A stretch of DNA of 32,000 nucleotides, from the NCBI RefSeq assembly GCF_000283555.1, contig NC_016012.1, positions 1,080,001 through 1,112,000 of the forward strand. The letters run 5' to 3'. The notes under the pieces are model-generated. The model saw only the letters and a list, made by a program, of their open reading frames with translations, was not told the origin of the DNA and made no database searches. Shown in pieces: positions 8,256 to 19,860 of the stretch. Made by a program: the position numbers and the translations under genes. The first letter of the stretch is position 1; every line of letters starts with the position of its first letter. This DNA is from Candidatus Arthromitus sp. SFB-rat-Yit (GTDB lineage Bacteria; Bacillota; Clostridia; Clostridiales; Clostridiaceae).

Positions 8256-10335
8256 CTATCTCTACCATCCTACTATTTATTATTTGTACATCGGGTACGA
8301 TTTCATTTAAGGAAATAATAAACAAATCCCCAAACACTAATTCCGTAAATCTTTTAAACGCTGGCCTAATTCGTGGTGAAACAAGAATAATAGGCTGACT
8401 ATAATTAAATTGAACTCTCTTAATTGCATAACTTATTGCTTCAAACACCTTTCTTGATAAGTTTGGTTCTAATGCAATAAAACTTCCTTGTGTTGACTTT
8501 TGAATACTATTTGTTAAAAGTTCTTCGAGTTTTGGACTCAGAGTAACAACAACAATTTTTTTCTCCTCATCGACAAACATGTTTGAAATAACTCTACTAA
8601 GAGCAAATCTCACATGCTCTGTCAAAACCTCAACATCTTTTACAATTCTTGAATTATCAGCAAGACTCTCAAAAATTGTTACAAGATCCTTAATAGGAAT
8701 TCTTTCCTTAAGAAGATTTTGTAAAACTTTTTGGACATCTCCAATACTCATAAGATCTGGTACGAGTTCTTCCACAACAGTTGGATACTTCTCTTTTAGC
8801 GTATCTACAATTTCTTTTGTTTCTTGTCGTCCAATAAGTTCAAAAGCCTTAATCTTTATCATCTCAGTTATATGAGTAACAATTATTGTCGTCGGATCAA
8901 CAACCGTAAATCCTAAAAGTTCAGCCTCTTCTCTTTGAGATTTTTCTATCCACTTCGCATCGAGTCCAAATGTTGGATCTTTTGTCATAAGCCCCTGTAT
9001 ACCATCAAGTTCTTCATTAGAAGTTGAAATAGCCATTAACATATTGGGAATAACTTCTACTTTAACCACTATTGTGCCCCAAATTTTTAGCACATATTCA
9101 TTACTCTTAAGTTGCAAATTATCTCTAATCCTTATTGGTTTCAAAATCAGTCCAAGCTCAATTGCAATTTGTCTTCTTATTGATGCTATTCTGCTTAAAA
9201 GATCTCCTCCATTTCTTTCATCTGCTAAAGGAATAAGACCATATCCAATTTCAAGTTCAATAGGCTCAATCAATATAAGCTTATTTACATTTTCAGGTTC
9301 TGATTTAACTTGTTCTGCGTTCTCAACGTCTTGCTTTAAATTTTCTTCTTGTAAATCTTTTCCAGACTTATCTCCACTTTTTAAAATTAAAAATCCTCCC
9401 AAACCAGTCATAACTGCTAAAGCTAAAAACGGAATGGTTGGAAGCCCTGGAATTATTGCAAGAATTCCAAGTATTCCTGCAGATGTCAAAAGCACAATTG
9501 GAAACGATGAAAATTGTTCCGAAATCGCACGACTTAAACTTTTTCCATCTCCTGATCTAGTTACAATTACACCAGAAGCAGTTGAAATTAAAAGAGCTGG
9601 TATTTGTGAAACCAATCCATCCCCTACAGTTAACCTCACATATGTAGACGCTGCTTCTCCAACTTCCATTCCCATCATCATTGTTCCTATAACTATACCC
9701 GCAATGATATTAATCAAAGTTACAATTATCCCTGCTATAGCATCACCTTTAACAAACTTCGAGGCACCATCCATTGATCCATAAAAATCTGCCTCAAGTT
9801 GAAGATTCCTTCTCCTTCTTTTCGCTTCCTCTTCAGATATAATTCCAGAGTTTAAATCAGCATCAATACTCATTTGTTTCCCTGGCATAGCATCGAGCGT
9901 AAATCTTGCTGAAACTTCTGATACACGGCCAGAACCGTTTGTTATAACAAGAAATTGAATTATAACAATGATCAAAAAAATAATTACTCCTACTACATAA
10001 TTCCCTCCGATAACAAACTCTCCAAATGCTTTTATGATACTTCCACCATCAGCCTTAGAAAGAATAAGCCTAGTTGAAGACACGTTTAATGCAAGCCTAA
10101 AAAGAGTAGTAACAAGCAAAATAGTCGGAAATATTGAAAACTCTAAAACTTCTGTAGAAAATATAGTAATCAACAATATCATTACAGAGATTGTTATATT
10201 AACAGCAATAAGCATATCTAAAATAAAAGGTGGCATTGGAATAATAATCATAAGTACAATGCAAATTATCCCAGCTGCCACACCAATATCTATTAAATCC
10301 TTTTTATTTAATCCCAGGGCTTTTGTATTTTCCAA
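8245..10335 (-). CDS. flhA: Flagellar export apparatus protein FlhA
   Basis: 696 aa with an N-terminal polytopic domain, the conserved FHIPEP-like region (SARFTLDAMPGKQMSIDADL) and a C-terminal cytoplasmic domain. TTG start with GAGAGGGGTG upstream. Confidence 0.96.
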   Translation of the reverse strand: MENTKALGLNKKDLIDIGVAAGIICIVLMIIIPMPPFILDMLIAVNITISVMILLITIFSTEVLEFSIFPTILLVTTLFRLALNVSSTRLILSKADGGSIIKAFGEFVIGGNYVVGVIIFLIIVIIQFLVITNGSGRVSEVSARFTLDAMPGKQMSIDADLNSGIISEEEAKRRRRNLQLEADFYGSMDGASKFVKGDAIAGIIVTLINIIAGIVIGTMMMGMEVGEAASTYVRLTVGDGLVSQIPALLISTASGVIVTRSGDGKSLSRAISEQFSSFPIVLLTSAGILGILAIIPGLPTIPFLALAVMTGLGGFLILKSGDKSGKDLQEENLKQDVENAEQVKSEPENVNKLILIEPIELEIGYGLIPLADERNGGDLLSRIASIRRQIAIELGLILKPIRIRDNLQLKSNEYVLKIWGTIVVKVEVIPNMLMAISTSNEELDGIQGLMTKDPTFGLDAKWIEKSQREEAELLGFTVVDPTTIIVTHITEMIKIKAFELIGRQETKEIVDTLKEKYPTVVEELVPDLMSIGDVQKVLQNLLKERIPIKDLVTIFESLADNSRIVKDVEVLTEHVRFALSRVISNMFVDEEKKIVVVTLSPKLEELLTNSIQKSTQGSFIALEPNLSRKVFEAISYAIKRVQFNYSQPIILVSPRIRPAFKRFTELVFGDLFIISLNEIVPDVQIINSRMVEIDDN

Positions 10336-10356
10336 TCAAACAACACCCCTCTCTTA

Positions 10357-12192
10357 CTAATACTTTTTACTTTTGTTATTAAGTTTAAATATGTACGTCA
10401 AAATATCTGCCACTGATTTATATATCTCTTGTGGTATCTCCGCTTCTAGCTCAACATTCTTATAAATAAATCTCGCAAGTTGTTTATCTTCAACAATAGG
10501 AACATTATTTTCTTGAGCAAGTTCCTTTATCCTATAAGCAACATGATTTATTCCCTTCGCCATAAGTTTAGGGGCCATATCCTCCCCCTGTTTATACCGA
10601 AGTGCTACAGCTATATGAGTCGGGTTTGTTATTATAACAGAAGAATTTTTAACATTAGACATCATATTTTGCATAATTATTTGTTTACCCTTTTGCCTAA
10701 TTTGAGATTTTACCTGTTGATCTCCTTCCATTTGTTTAAATTCTTCTTTAACTTCTTGCTTAGTCATTTTAAGTTTTTTATTATAACGAAATTTCTCAAT
10801 CATAAAATCAACTGCACCTATTGCCGCAACTACTCCAAAAATTTTTGTAAATATAGAAATAAATAAAGGTACAACAAATGAAAAAGATTGATTTGTTTTG
10901 AAGTTTCCAAGCCTTAAAAACGTTTCCATATTATCAATGATAAATTGATAAGAAAAATAACAAAGTACTATGACAATAATGAAATCTCTAAATAAATCAA
11001 ACAATGATTTAATACTAAAAATGTTTTTAATTGTATTTAATGGATTAAAATCTTTAAAGTTTGGTTTTAAAAGTTTTGGCGTAATCAAAAATCCTGTTTG
11101 GATTATGTTTGATATAACAGAAAGTCCTATAAAAATAATTCCAGGTATAAGCACAACAATTAAAATCTTCGGCAAAACAAATTTAAAAATATCAACGACA
11201 TCATATCCACCATAATTATAAGCAATCCCATCTCCAAGGAAATATGACATTATCTTTTGGAGTTCCCCCAAAATAAATTTTCCAAGTATAATGACTAAAA
11301 CAACTCCAAGAATAGAAATTGCTGAAACCAAAAATGTAGATTTGGCAATATTACCTTCCTCTTTTGCCTTCTTCTTTTTATGTGGCGTTGCCTCTTCCGT
11401 CTTATCATCTGAAAATACAAATATCACTGGAGCAAATGAAAACACTTTAAAAATTAGATTATTAAAATCCACATAGATATCCATAAATCTTGTAAATATA
11501 ATTTTTACCGATATAATCAAAAGTGATATTGTCACTGCTATCTTAAATGGAAAACTCACAACTATCATGTTTATCTTCGGAATTATCTTAGATATTATCC
11601 CTAAGATAATGTCGACAAAAATCAAAATTATAATAATAGGGATTATTATCATAAATGATGCTCTAAAAATTGTAAGCATTGCAAAAATAAAACTATTTAA
11701 AAAATCTGAAGAAATATTTAAATCTCCAATTCCTATCTTTTCATAGCTAAATATAAACGCCCGTATAAAATAATGGTGACCATTAAAAATTATAAATACG
11801 CTAAGCGAAATCCAATAAAAAATCTTCTCTATCACACTTGAATTATTATTTGTCATCGGATCAAATATTTGTGCTGAAGAAAATCCACCTTGGGAATCCA
11901 AAACAGATCCAATTCCACTAAAAAGTTGAAAAAGTAAATTAACAAAAATCCCAATCAACAACCCTATTAGCGTTTCTGATAAAATTAAAAATATGTACTG
12001 TTCATTTCCATAAAGTTTTATATCAACATTTTGATAAATAATAGGAAACAACATAAATGCAAATGCTACAGAAAACATAATCTTAAATACATTGCTTATA
12101 CCTTTTGGAAAAAAAACTTGAGATATAACGATAAACGCACTAACTCGTATGATTATTAATAGAAGAATTTTATAATCGATTTCAAAATTCAA
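10357..12192 (-). CDS. fliR-flhB: FliR-FlhB fusion protein (flagellar type III export gate)
   Basis: Residues 1-260 are FliR-like polytopic membrane protein. From about nt 11412 the FlhB N-terminus begins (SDDKTEEATPHKKKKAKEEGNIAKS). The FlhB autocleavage motif NPTH lies at 10615-10626. Confidence 0.92.
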   Translation of the reverse strand: MNFEIDYKILLLIIIRVSAFIVISQVFFPKGISNVFKIMFSVAFAFMLFPIIYQNVDIKLYGNEQYIFLILSETLIGLLIGIFVNLLFQLFSGIGSVLDSQGGFSSAQIFDPMTNNNSSVIEKIFYWISLSVFIIFNGHHYFIRAFIFSYEKIGIGDLNISSDFLNSFIFAMLTIFRASFMIIIPIIIILIFVDIILGIISKIIPKINMIVVSFPFKIAVTISLLIISVKIIFTRFMDIYVDFNNLIFKVFSFAPVIFVFSDDKTEEATPHKKKKAKEEGNIAKSTFLVSAISILGVVLVIILGKFILGELQKIMSYFLGDGIAYNYGGYDVVDIFKFVLPKILIVVLIPGIIFIGLSVISNIIQTGFLITPKLLKPNFKDFNPLNTIKNIFSIKSLFDLFRDFIIVIVLCYFSYQFIIDNMETFLRLGNFKTNQSFSFVVPLFISIFTKIFGVVAAIGAVDFMIEKFRYNKKLKMTKQEVKEEFKQMEGDQQVKSQIRQKGKQIIMQNMMSNVKNSSVIITNPTHIAVALRYKQGEDMAPKLMAKGINHVAYRIKELAQENNVPIVEDKQLARFIYKNVELEAEIPQEIYKSVADILTYIFKLNNKSKKY

Positions 12193-12202
12193 TTAAACTC
12201 AC

Positions 12203-12475
12203 CTAACCAGTTGTAATTTTTTGAACTATATTAAACATCTCATTCGTAAATTTAACCATCTGTTTAATCACAAAAGGCGCCATCATAAGTCCCATAAGCG
12301 ATAATATTAAAACTTTAGGAACAAAAGTTAAGCTCTGATCATTTAAATGTGTAATAGCTTGAATTATGCTTATAGCTATTCCAATTATCATAGTAATCAA
12401 CAAAAATGGAATTGATATTTTGAATCCTGTAACCAACGCTTTTCTTATTACTGAAATTGCCAAATTTTGACTCAT
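12203..12475 (-). CDS. fliQ: Flagellar export protein FliQ
   Basis: About 90 aa with two TM helices, in the typical fliP-fliQ-fliR order. The ATG at 12475 overlaps the fliP stop (ATGA), and GGAGGTG lies upstream. Confidence 0.9.
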   Translation of the reverse strand: MSQNLAISVIRKALVTGFKISIPFLLITMIIGIAISIIQAITHLNDQSLTFVPKVLILSLMGLMMAPFVIKQMVKFTNEMFNIVQKITTG

Positions 12476-13212
12476 CAAACACCTCCAAAGCTCATAAATA
12501 ATGATTTAATTACAAGTCTCCAACCATCTACAAGTACAATGAGAAGTATTTTAAACGGAAGTGATATTATCGCAGGTGAAACCATCATCATCCCCATAGC
12601 CATAAGTATACTAGCAACAACCATGTCAATTATCAAAAATGGAATAAATATCAAAAATCCAATTTGGAATGATGTCTTAAGTTCACTGAGTGCAAAAGAT
12701 GACATAAGAGTTGTAATAGGAACATTTTCTGATGTAACTTCTCCCTCATATTTTGAAAGCTCTAAAAATAATTCCAAATCATCTTTCCTCGTTTGCTTAA
12801 ACATAAATTCCTTAATAGGAATAACTCCCCTATCATATGCTTCCTTACCACTAATATCCTTATTCATGTAAGGAACAATCGCATCATTATTAATCTTTTC
12901 TCCAATTGGCATCATTATAAAGAAAGTCAGTATTATCGAAAGTCCAACCAAAACCATACTAGGTATTGCATTCTGAAGTCCTGAAGCATTTTTCAAAAAA
13001 GCAAACGTTATAACTATTCTTGTGAAACTCGTTGTCATTATTATCAACATAGGCAAAAAAGTAAGTAGCGTGAAAAATATAAAAAGCTCAACATTTTTAC
13101 TAATAAACCCTTCGTTGCTATCTGAAAAAATCCCCAACGCACTCACCTTAAAATCAATAAGTACAATCGCTAAAACAACTAACATACATACTCTATAGAA
13201 AGCCTTCTTCAT
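12475..13212 (-). CDS. fliP: Flagellar export protein FliP
   Basis: Conserved FliP blocks (FTRIVITFAFLKNA.GLQNAIP, LSELKTSFQIGFLIF.PFLIIDMVVASILMAMGMMM). Start set at MKKAFYRV (ATG 13212), 7 nt after the fliO stop with GGAAGG upstream. Confidence 0.94.
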   Translation of the reverse strand: MKKAFYRVCMLVVLAIVLIDFKVSALGIFSDSNEGFISKNVELFIFFTLLTFLPMLIIMTTSFTRIVITFAFLKNASGLQNAIPSMVLVGLSIILTFFIMMPIGEKINNDAIVPYMNKDISGKEAYDRGVIPIKEFMFKQTRKDDLELFLELSKYEGEVTSENVPITTLMSSFALSELKTSFQIGFLIFIPFLIIDMVVASILMAMGMMMVSPAIISLPFKILLIVLVDGWRLVIKSLFMSFGGV

Positions 13213-13219
13213 AAAATAA

Positions 13220-13507
13220 CTACCTTCCTTCTGAAAATGCACTCTTCCTCTTTTTCATACACTCCAAAACTCTACTCTCATCTAAATGTTCGATAAGATT
13301 AACTCCCCCATGACTTGAAGAACACAAATAATATTTATCCATAACTTTTATAATCAAAATATAATTATCTTTTGAAACACAAGCTCTTGAGATAACCTTT
13401 ATAAATATATTTTGATTTTGCATACCCTTAAAATTCAATTTTATATAAACGATCATAAGAATTACTAAAATTAAAATTAACGCAAACACATTCATAACAC
13501 TACTCAT
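13220..13507 (-). CDS. fliO: FliO/FliZ-like small membrane protein
   Basis: 95 aa with a single N-terminal TM helix, located immediately upstream of fliP as in other flagellar operons. Confidence 0.6.
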   Translation of the reverse strand: MSSVMNVFALILILVILMIVYIKLNFKGMQNQNIFIKVISRACVSKDNYILIIKVMDKYYLCSSSHGGVNLIEHLDESRVLECMKKRKSAFSEGR

Positions 13508-13515
13508 CTTAATAT

Positions 13516-13968
13516 TTAATTCACTAACAAGTTTGTAAAATAAACAGATAATAATACTTCAGATTCAAGAATTGAATTAACAGCATTTTTAATCTCAAGT
13601 TTAATTGCTTCAATTCCTTCACTGGTTTCAACTTCGCTTAACGATTTATTTTTGAATATCGTTATGATCGTATCTTTTATTTTATAAATGTTTGAATTTA
13701 TACTCTCGAGTGCTTTCTTATTTTTTGAATCGTAAGTCATTGCTAGTGATGCCTTTACATATTTTTTGTTAGAAGGATCTTTTATATTAACTACAATATC
13801 ATCTAACTGCATAACTTCCTCAACTATCTTCTTAGGCTCATCACTATTATTGTTCATTTTGGAAATTATAAAAAACCCAGCTACTCCCCCAATGACAATT
13901 ACTAAAAGTAAAACAATTACAATTATAATTACTCCTTTACCCGACTTCTTCTTTTCTTCACTTGCCAT
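13516..13968 (-). CDS. fliL: Flagellar basal body-associated protein FliL
   Basis: 150 aa with N-terminal TM after a Lys-rich start. Has the FliL-type core (VVNIKD....YVKASLAMTY...VYFTNLLV). Follows motB. Confidence 0.85.
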   Translation of the reverse strand: MASEEKKKSGKGVIIIVIVLLLVIVIGGVAGFFIISKMNNNSDEPKKIVEEVMQLDDIVVNIKDPSNKKYVKASLAMTYDSKNKKALESINSNIYKIKDTIITIFKNKSLSEVETSEGIEAIKLEIKNAVNSILESEVLLSVYFTNLLVN

Positions 13969-13972
13969 AAAA

Positions 13973-14683
13973 TCACCCTTCTACTTTATTCAAAATCAAA
14001 ATATTAACTCTTCTATTTTTAGCCTTATTCTCAGCAGTATCATTAAGTGCAATAGGTCTAAACTCTCCATAGCCTTGGGCAGATATACGTACTGGATTGA
14101 CATTCGCAGACTCGACTAAAAATCTAGTAACAACAACCGATCTTGCCGTTGATAACTCCCAGTTACTCGCAAACATATATGTATTAATTGGAACATTGTC
14201 CGTGTGACCTTCAATAATTATCTGGTTATCAATTTCATTTAAAACATCTGCGATATCTCTTAATATATGTTTACTTTCCCCCTTCAGGTCAGCTCTTCCC
14301 GATTGAAAAAGCAATGAGTCAACAACCACAACAGAAACCCCTCTTTCAACTACTTCAACTGAAATAAAATCTTCAAGTCCCTTTTCATTAATTAAATTAT
14401 TTAATATATCAACCAAAGAATCTTGAGTTTTCTCTTCTTCCTGTTCTTTATCTACATTATTAAATATATCTTCCCCAACTCCCTCGTTAGTAATGGGGTT
14501 ATTCCCTCCACCGTTAAATATATTATTGAAAGCCTGAGTAAGCTGAGCTTCTTTCTTTGCATCTACAGTCGACATTGAAAACAACAATATGAAAAACACC
14601 ATAAGTAAAGTCATCGCATCAGAGAATGTAACCATCCACTCAGGAGCTCCACCACCTTGTTCTTCCTCTTTCTTCTTTCCCAT
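13973..14683 (-). CDS. motB: Flagellar stator protein MotB
   Basis: APEWMVTFSDAMTLLMVFFILLFSMS (contains the conserved Asp plus TM) and a C-terminal OmpA-like domain (GHTDN, NWELSTARS, NRRV). Confidence 0.93.
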   Translation of the reverse strand: MGKKKEEEQGGGAPEWMVTFSDAMTLLMVFFILLFSMSTVDAKKEAQLTQAFNNIFNGGGNNPITNEGVGEDIFNNVDKEQEEEKTQDSLVDILNNLINEKGLEDFISVEVVERGVSVVVVDSLLFQSGRADLKGESKHILRDIADVLNEIDNQIIIEGHTDNVPINTYMFASNWELSTARSVVVTRFLVESANVNPVRISAQGYGEFRPIALNDTAENKAKNRRVNILILNKVEG

Positions 14684-14709
14684 AAATTTTTCATCCCCAA
14701 ACGAATTAA

Positions 14710-15510
14710 TTATTTATTTGACTTTATATTCTCCTCGAGCTTAATCTTTTCACTTTCCTCTAAATATGTACTTAAAATTTCTTGTATCATTTTAGGAGTA
14801 TATCCAGATCTAACACATCTTATAGCTTTATACTCAAGCATAATAAAATCCATAACTTTTCCTGCATTAAGAGAAATTTTATCTGCAAGAGGTAACATTA
14901 TTAAATTCGCAGCAATCGCACCATAAAGAGTTGTTATGAGTGCGGTAGCCATACCGGCAACAAGTTTGTTAATATCTTCCATATTTCCAAGAAGTTGAAT
15001 AAGTCCAATAAGCGTTCCTATCATTCCAAAAGCCGGCGCATACGCTCCCCACTGTTTAAAGAACTTAATTCCTTGCTTCATTCTTTCTTCATAATTTTCC
15101 ATTTCGCTTTCCAAAATATTTACTATAGCATCTTCCTCAGCTCCATCAACAATTAGTTTAATTCCTTGTTTTAAAAAGGCATCATCCATGTTCTCAATCT
15201 CACCTTCTAAAGATAACATTCCTTCTTTTCTTGCTTTTTTAGAAAGATTTATTATTTGAACAATAAAAGCAATTTTATCTCTGTTCGTATCCCTAAGTAC
15301 AACATTCATATAAGATCCTATAGCCTTTATTTCATTCATTGAAAAACTAACTAATAAGGCAGCAAACGAACCAACTATAACGATTACAAATGACTTAACA
15401 TCAACAAATGCCATGAGTGAGGTTCCGGGCCCTAGCATACCATAGAGTAGCATGACAATACCAACTACAATCCCAATAATACTTAAATTATCTTTTTTCA
15501 TTGTGTTCAC
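14710..15510 (-). CDS. motA: Flagellar stator protein MotA
   Basis: Four-TM MotA/TolQ/ExbB architecture with conserved APAFGMIGTLIGLI and ALITTLYG segments. Confidence 0.93.
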   Translation of the reverse strand: MNTMKKDNLSIIGIVVGIVMLLYGMLGPGTSLMAFVDVKSFVIVIVGSFAALLVSFSMNEIKAIGSYMNVVLRDTNRDKIAFIVQIINLSKKARKEGMLSLEGEIENMDDAFLKQGIKLIVDGAEEDAIVNILESEMENYEERMKQGIKFFKQWGAYAPAFGMIGTLIGLIQLLGNMEDINKLVAGMATALITTLYGAIAANLIMLPLADKISLNAGKVMDFIMLEYKAIRCVRSGYTPKMIQEILSTYLEESEKIKLEENIKSNK

Positions 15511-15602
15511 TTCCTCAAAATCTAATTATTTGTATCTTTTATTATTCTTCTAAACGTTCATTATAATTCAACTTACAACAATGGAATTATTTCCAATATT
15601 AT

Positions 15603-15637
15603 TAAAAAAGAAAGTACATACATAACGTATGTACTTT
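15603..15637 (-). terminator. Rho-independent terminator after the thioesterase gene, insulating it from motA
   Basis: Minus strand reads AAAGTACATAC-GTTAT-GTATGTACTTT (11-bp perfect stem) followed by CTTTTTTAAT. Confidence 0.75.
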
Positions 15638-15664
15638 AATTAATTTTTGAAAATTTCATAAAAT

Positions 15665-16081
15665 TTATTTCTCTAAAGAACTTAAACATTTATTGTAGAA
15701 TTCTTTCATTTCCTTATCAAATCTAACGATCTTAAAATCTTTTTTTGTTACACAAACAATAGTAACAAATGCTCTAGTCTTTTCCTCATTCTTATCATTA
15801 AATATCCTTTGTTCATAGATCATCTTAACCTTTGATAATTTATGTATAGATGTTTCTACATGAATATTTTCATCATAACGGGCTGGACTCATAAACTTTA
15901 TATCCATTTCATAAACAGGAAATAAAAATCCTTTCCGCTCAAAGTCCATCATATTAAATCCACTATCTTTTATGAAATTTGTTCTCCCAATCTCCATCCA
16001 AATTAAATAATTCGAATGATAAACAACACCCATTTGATCTGTTTCAGAATATCTAACTTCTATATCCTTTATCGACTTCAA
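15665..16081 (-). CDS. Acyl-CoA thioesterase, 4HBT/YbgC family
   Basis: VRYSETDQMGVVYHSNYLIWMEIGRTNF is the family hallmark. Start placed at TTG 16081 (GGGGGT 6 nt upstream); the ORF-track start at 16096 is an alternative. Confidence 0.85.
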   Translation of the reverse strand: MKSIKDIEVRYSETDQMGVVYHSNYLIWMEIGRTNFIKDSGFNMMDFERKGFLFPVYEMDIKFMSPARYDENIHVETSIHKLSKVKMIYEQRIFNDKNEEKTRAFVTIVCVTKKDFKIVRFDKEMKEFYNKCLSSLEK

Positions 16082-16100
16082 ACTATTTACCCCCAAAAAA

Positions 16101-17399
16101 TTATTTCAATATACCAACCCTCTTCAAAATAATATCAACATTTTTCATATAATAATCAATACTAAAACATTCTTCAACTTCAAGAAGAGTTAAGTATTTC
16201 AAAATTTCTGAATCATTAATTAGCATTTCTTTAAATTCCAACTTGTTTGTAAAACAATTCATCGCCAAAGATTGAACAATGTCATAAGCCTCTTCTCTCG
16301 ACAATCCTTTATTTATTAAACTATTCATAACCCTTTGCGAAAAAATAATTCCATAAGTTTTATTTATATTTTCAAGCATATTATCTTCAAATACAACCAA
16401 GTTCTCCAAAATATTTTTCATTCTATTGAGCATATAATCAATTAAAATCGTAGCATCAGGAAGTATTATTCTCTCTGCACTCGAATGCGAAATATCCCTT
16501 TCATGCCAGAGTGAAATATTTTCAAAAGATGTAACCGTATAACCTCTTAGAACACGGGCACACCCTGCTATATTTTCACTAGAAATTGGATTTCTTTTAT
16601 GTGGCATAGCACTCGATCCTTTTTGTCCTTTTACAAATCTTTCTTCAACTTCACGAACTTCCGTTCTTTGAAGATGTCTTATCTCTACTCCAATTTTTTC
16701 AAGAGTCGATCCAATTAAAGATATAGTTGACATATAAAAAGCATGTCTATCTCTTTGAAGAGTTTGAGTTGATATACTTGATGAATTAATTCCAAGTTTA
16801 TTGCAAACATAATCTTGTATAAATGGATCAATGTTTGAATAATTCCCAACAGCACCACTTATTTTACCAACCTCAACATCTCGTGATGATAATTTAAACC
16901 TCTCCAAATTTCTCATCATCTCATCGTACCATAGAGCAAATTTCAAACCAAATGAAGTTATGTCAGCATGAATTCCATGAGTTCTACCTATACAGGGTAC
17001 TTTTTTATATTCAATAGCTTTTTCTCTTAAAACATCAAGTATTTCTTCTATATCCCTAAGTATAATTTCATTTGCTTGCTTTAAAATATATCCATATGCC
17101 GTATCAACAACATCAGTGCTTGTAAGGCCATAATGAATCCACTTCTTCTCTTCTCCTAAAGATTCACTAAGTGCTCTTGTAAAAGCAACAACATCATGTC
17201 TTGTTTCTCTTTCAAGCTCAAGCATTCTATGCACATCAACTTTACAATTTTCCCAAAGCTTTTTAACATCATCTTTAGGTATAACCCCAAGCTCACTAAA
17301 AGCTTTACTAGATAACAATTCAACTTTTAACCAAGAATTAAATTTATTTTCATCACTCCATACATTGGTCATTTCTTTCCGTGAATATCTCTTAATCAT
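16101..17399 (-). CDS. purB: Adenylosuccinate lyase
   Basis: 432 aa with the fumarate-lyase signature [11 protein letters not shown] and a typical PurB N-terminus (YSRKEM...W). Confidence 0.96.
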   Translation of the reverse strand: MIKRYSRKEMTNVWSDENKFNSWLKVELLSSKAFSELGVIPKDDVKKLWENCKVDVHRMLELERETRHDVVAFTRALSESLGEEKKWIHYGLTSTDVVDTAYGYILKQANEIILRDIEEILDVLREKAIEYKKVPCIGRTHGIHADITSFGLKFALWYDEMMRNLERFKLSSRDVEVGKISGAVGNYSNIDPFIQDYVCNKLGINSSSISTQTLQRDRHAFYMSTISLIGSTLEKIGVEIRHLQRTEVREVEERFVKGQKGSSAMPHKRNPISSENIAGCARVLRGYTVTSFENISLWHERDISHSSAERIILPDATILIDYMLNRMKNILENLVVFEDNMLENINKTYGIIFSQRVMNSLINKGLSREEAYDIVQSLAMNCFTNKLEFKEMLINDSEILKYLTLLEVEECFSIDYYMKNVDIILKRVGILK

Positions 17400-18433
17400 A
17401 CTACTTTAACCCTACACTTCTCTGCACTACTACATTGTGCAGCTTCAATAATTTTCATAACATCAATAGCCTCTTCTGGTTTTACAAATAATTCTCCACC
17501 ATCATTTATAGCATGATAAATATTGTCATAATATTTCCCATAATCACCTATCTCTGTTACTATCTTCTCTTCCAAAAATTCATTTTCACTGACTCTACAA
17601 AGAGTTCCAAAATATTTTTCTTCATCAACTCCCAAATCTGATTCCCAAGGTCGCATTCCCGAAATCAGTCTACCCTCTTGCAAATCTTTTCCGTATTTTA
17701 TAAAACTTCCTTTTGTTCCATGAATTGCAAAATGAGGTCCAGACATCGCAACAACTTCACCAGATGATAACACAACTTTTTTATCTTTATAATATAAATA
17801 CACTTGGAAATTATCAATTCCAGAAGACTCATTACGTTGTTTTCTTAAATCGGCATAAACCTCATTTGGCATCCCAAATATATTGTAAGCTTGATCAATC
17901 AAATGAACTCCAATATCATATAAAAGATCTATCCCTTTTCCACCATCAACCTTCCATTGTTTCTTATTCTTGCCAGTTACAAATCGATCAAAATGGCATT
18001 CATAATCCAAAACTTCACCAATCATATTTTCATTTATTATTTTTTTGACAGTAAGAAAATCTCCATCAAATCTCCTATTTTGATAAACAGAAAATACAAC
18101 ATTCTCACGCTTAGATATTTCACATAATTCCATTACTTCTTTGCTCGTTGATGCAACAGGTTTTTCTACCACAACATGCTTACCAGCCTGCATAGCTTTC
18201 AATGACATTTCAAAATGACAAGGATTCGGCGTTGAAATTACAACAAGATCAATATCAGATGTCAAAAGTTCATCAAAACTTCTAACCACCTCAACTTCTG
18301 GATACTCTTTCTTAGAATTAGTCGAGGTTCTCTCATAAACTTTTTTAAGATTAAACCTACTATCTGCATGAAGAAATGGAGCTTGAAAAATTTTCCCCGA
18401 TAAACCGAATCCCGCAAGTCCCACGCATATCAT
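17396..18433 (-). CDS. Gfo/Idh/MocA-family NAD(P)-dependent oxidoreductase
   Basis: N-terminal Rossmann motif [13 protein letters not shown], then EKP (VVEKPVA) and a C-terminal alpha/beta domain. Its stop overlaps the purB start (ATGA). Start set at MICVGLAG (18433); 18499 is an alternative. Confidence 0.85.
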   Translation of the reverse strand: MICVGLAGFGLSGKIFQAPFLHADSRFNLKKVYERTSTNSKKEYPEVEVVRSFDELLTSDIDLVVISTPNPCHFEMSLKAMQAGKHVVVEKPVASTSKEVMELCEISKRENVVFSVYQNRRFDGDFLTVKKIINENMIGEVLDYECHFDRFVTGKNKKQWKVDGGKGIDLLYDIGVHLIDQAYNIFGMPNEVYADLRKQRNESSGIDNFQVYLYYKDKKVVLSSGEVVAMSGPHFAIHGTKGSFIKYGKDLQEGRLISGMRPWESDLGVDEEKYFGTLCRVSENEFLEEKIVTEIGDYGKYYDNIYHAINDGGELFVKPEEAIDVMKIIEAAQCSSAEKCRVKVV

Positions 18434-18444
18434 ATTGTTATTAA

Positions 18445-19860
<1,416 letters not shown>

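Noticed and set aside
9044-9784. 246-aa ORF on the plus strand, plus the other plus-strand ORFs at 7117-7314, 8579-8875, 10034-10360, 10480-10866, 10970-11215, 11291-11476, 12467-12871, 12793-12984, 13766-14119 and 14657-14926
   Set aside because: All lie antisense to unmistakable flagellar genes (flhF, flhA, fliR-flhB, fliP, fliL, motB, motA). They have low-complexity Ser/Ile/Pro/Phe-rich translations and no SD. Such shadow ORFs are expected in an AT-rich genome, where stop codons on the antisense strand of conserved genes are partly suppressed.
15511-15602. Looked for a c-di-GMP riboswitch, or a sigma-28 (TAAA-N15-GCCGATAT) or clean sigma-A promoter, upstream of motA
   Set aside because: The leader is only about 90 nt, almost pure A/T, with no GEMM-like conserved G/C blocks and no sigma-28 match. 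The best sigma-A candidate (TTGAAT-N18-AATAAT) is too weak to call as a feature.
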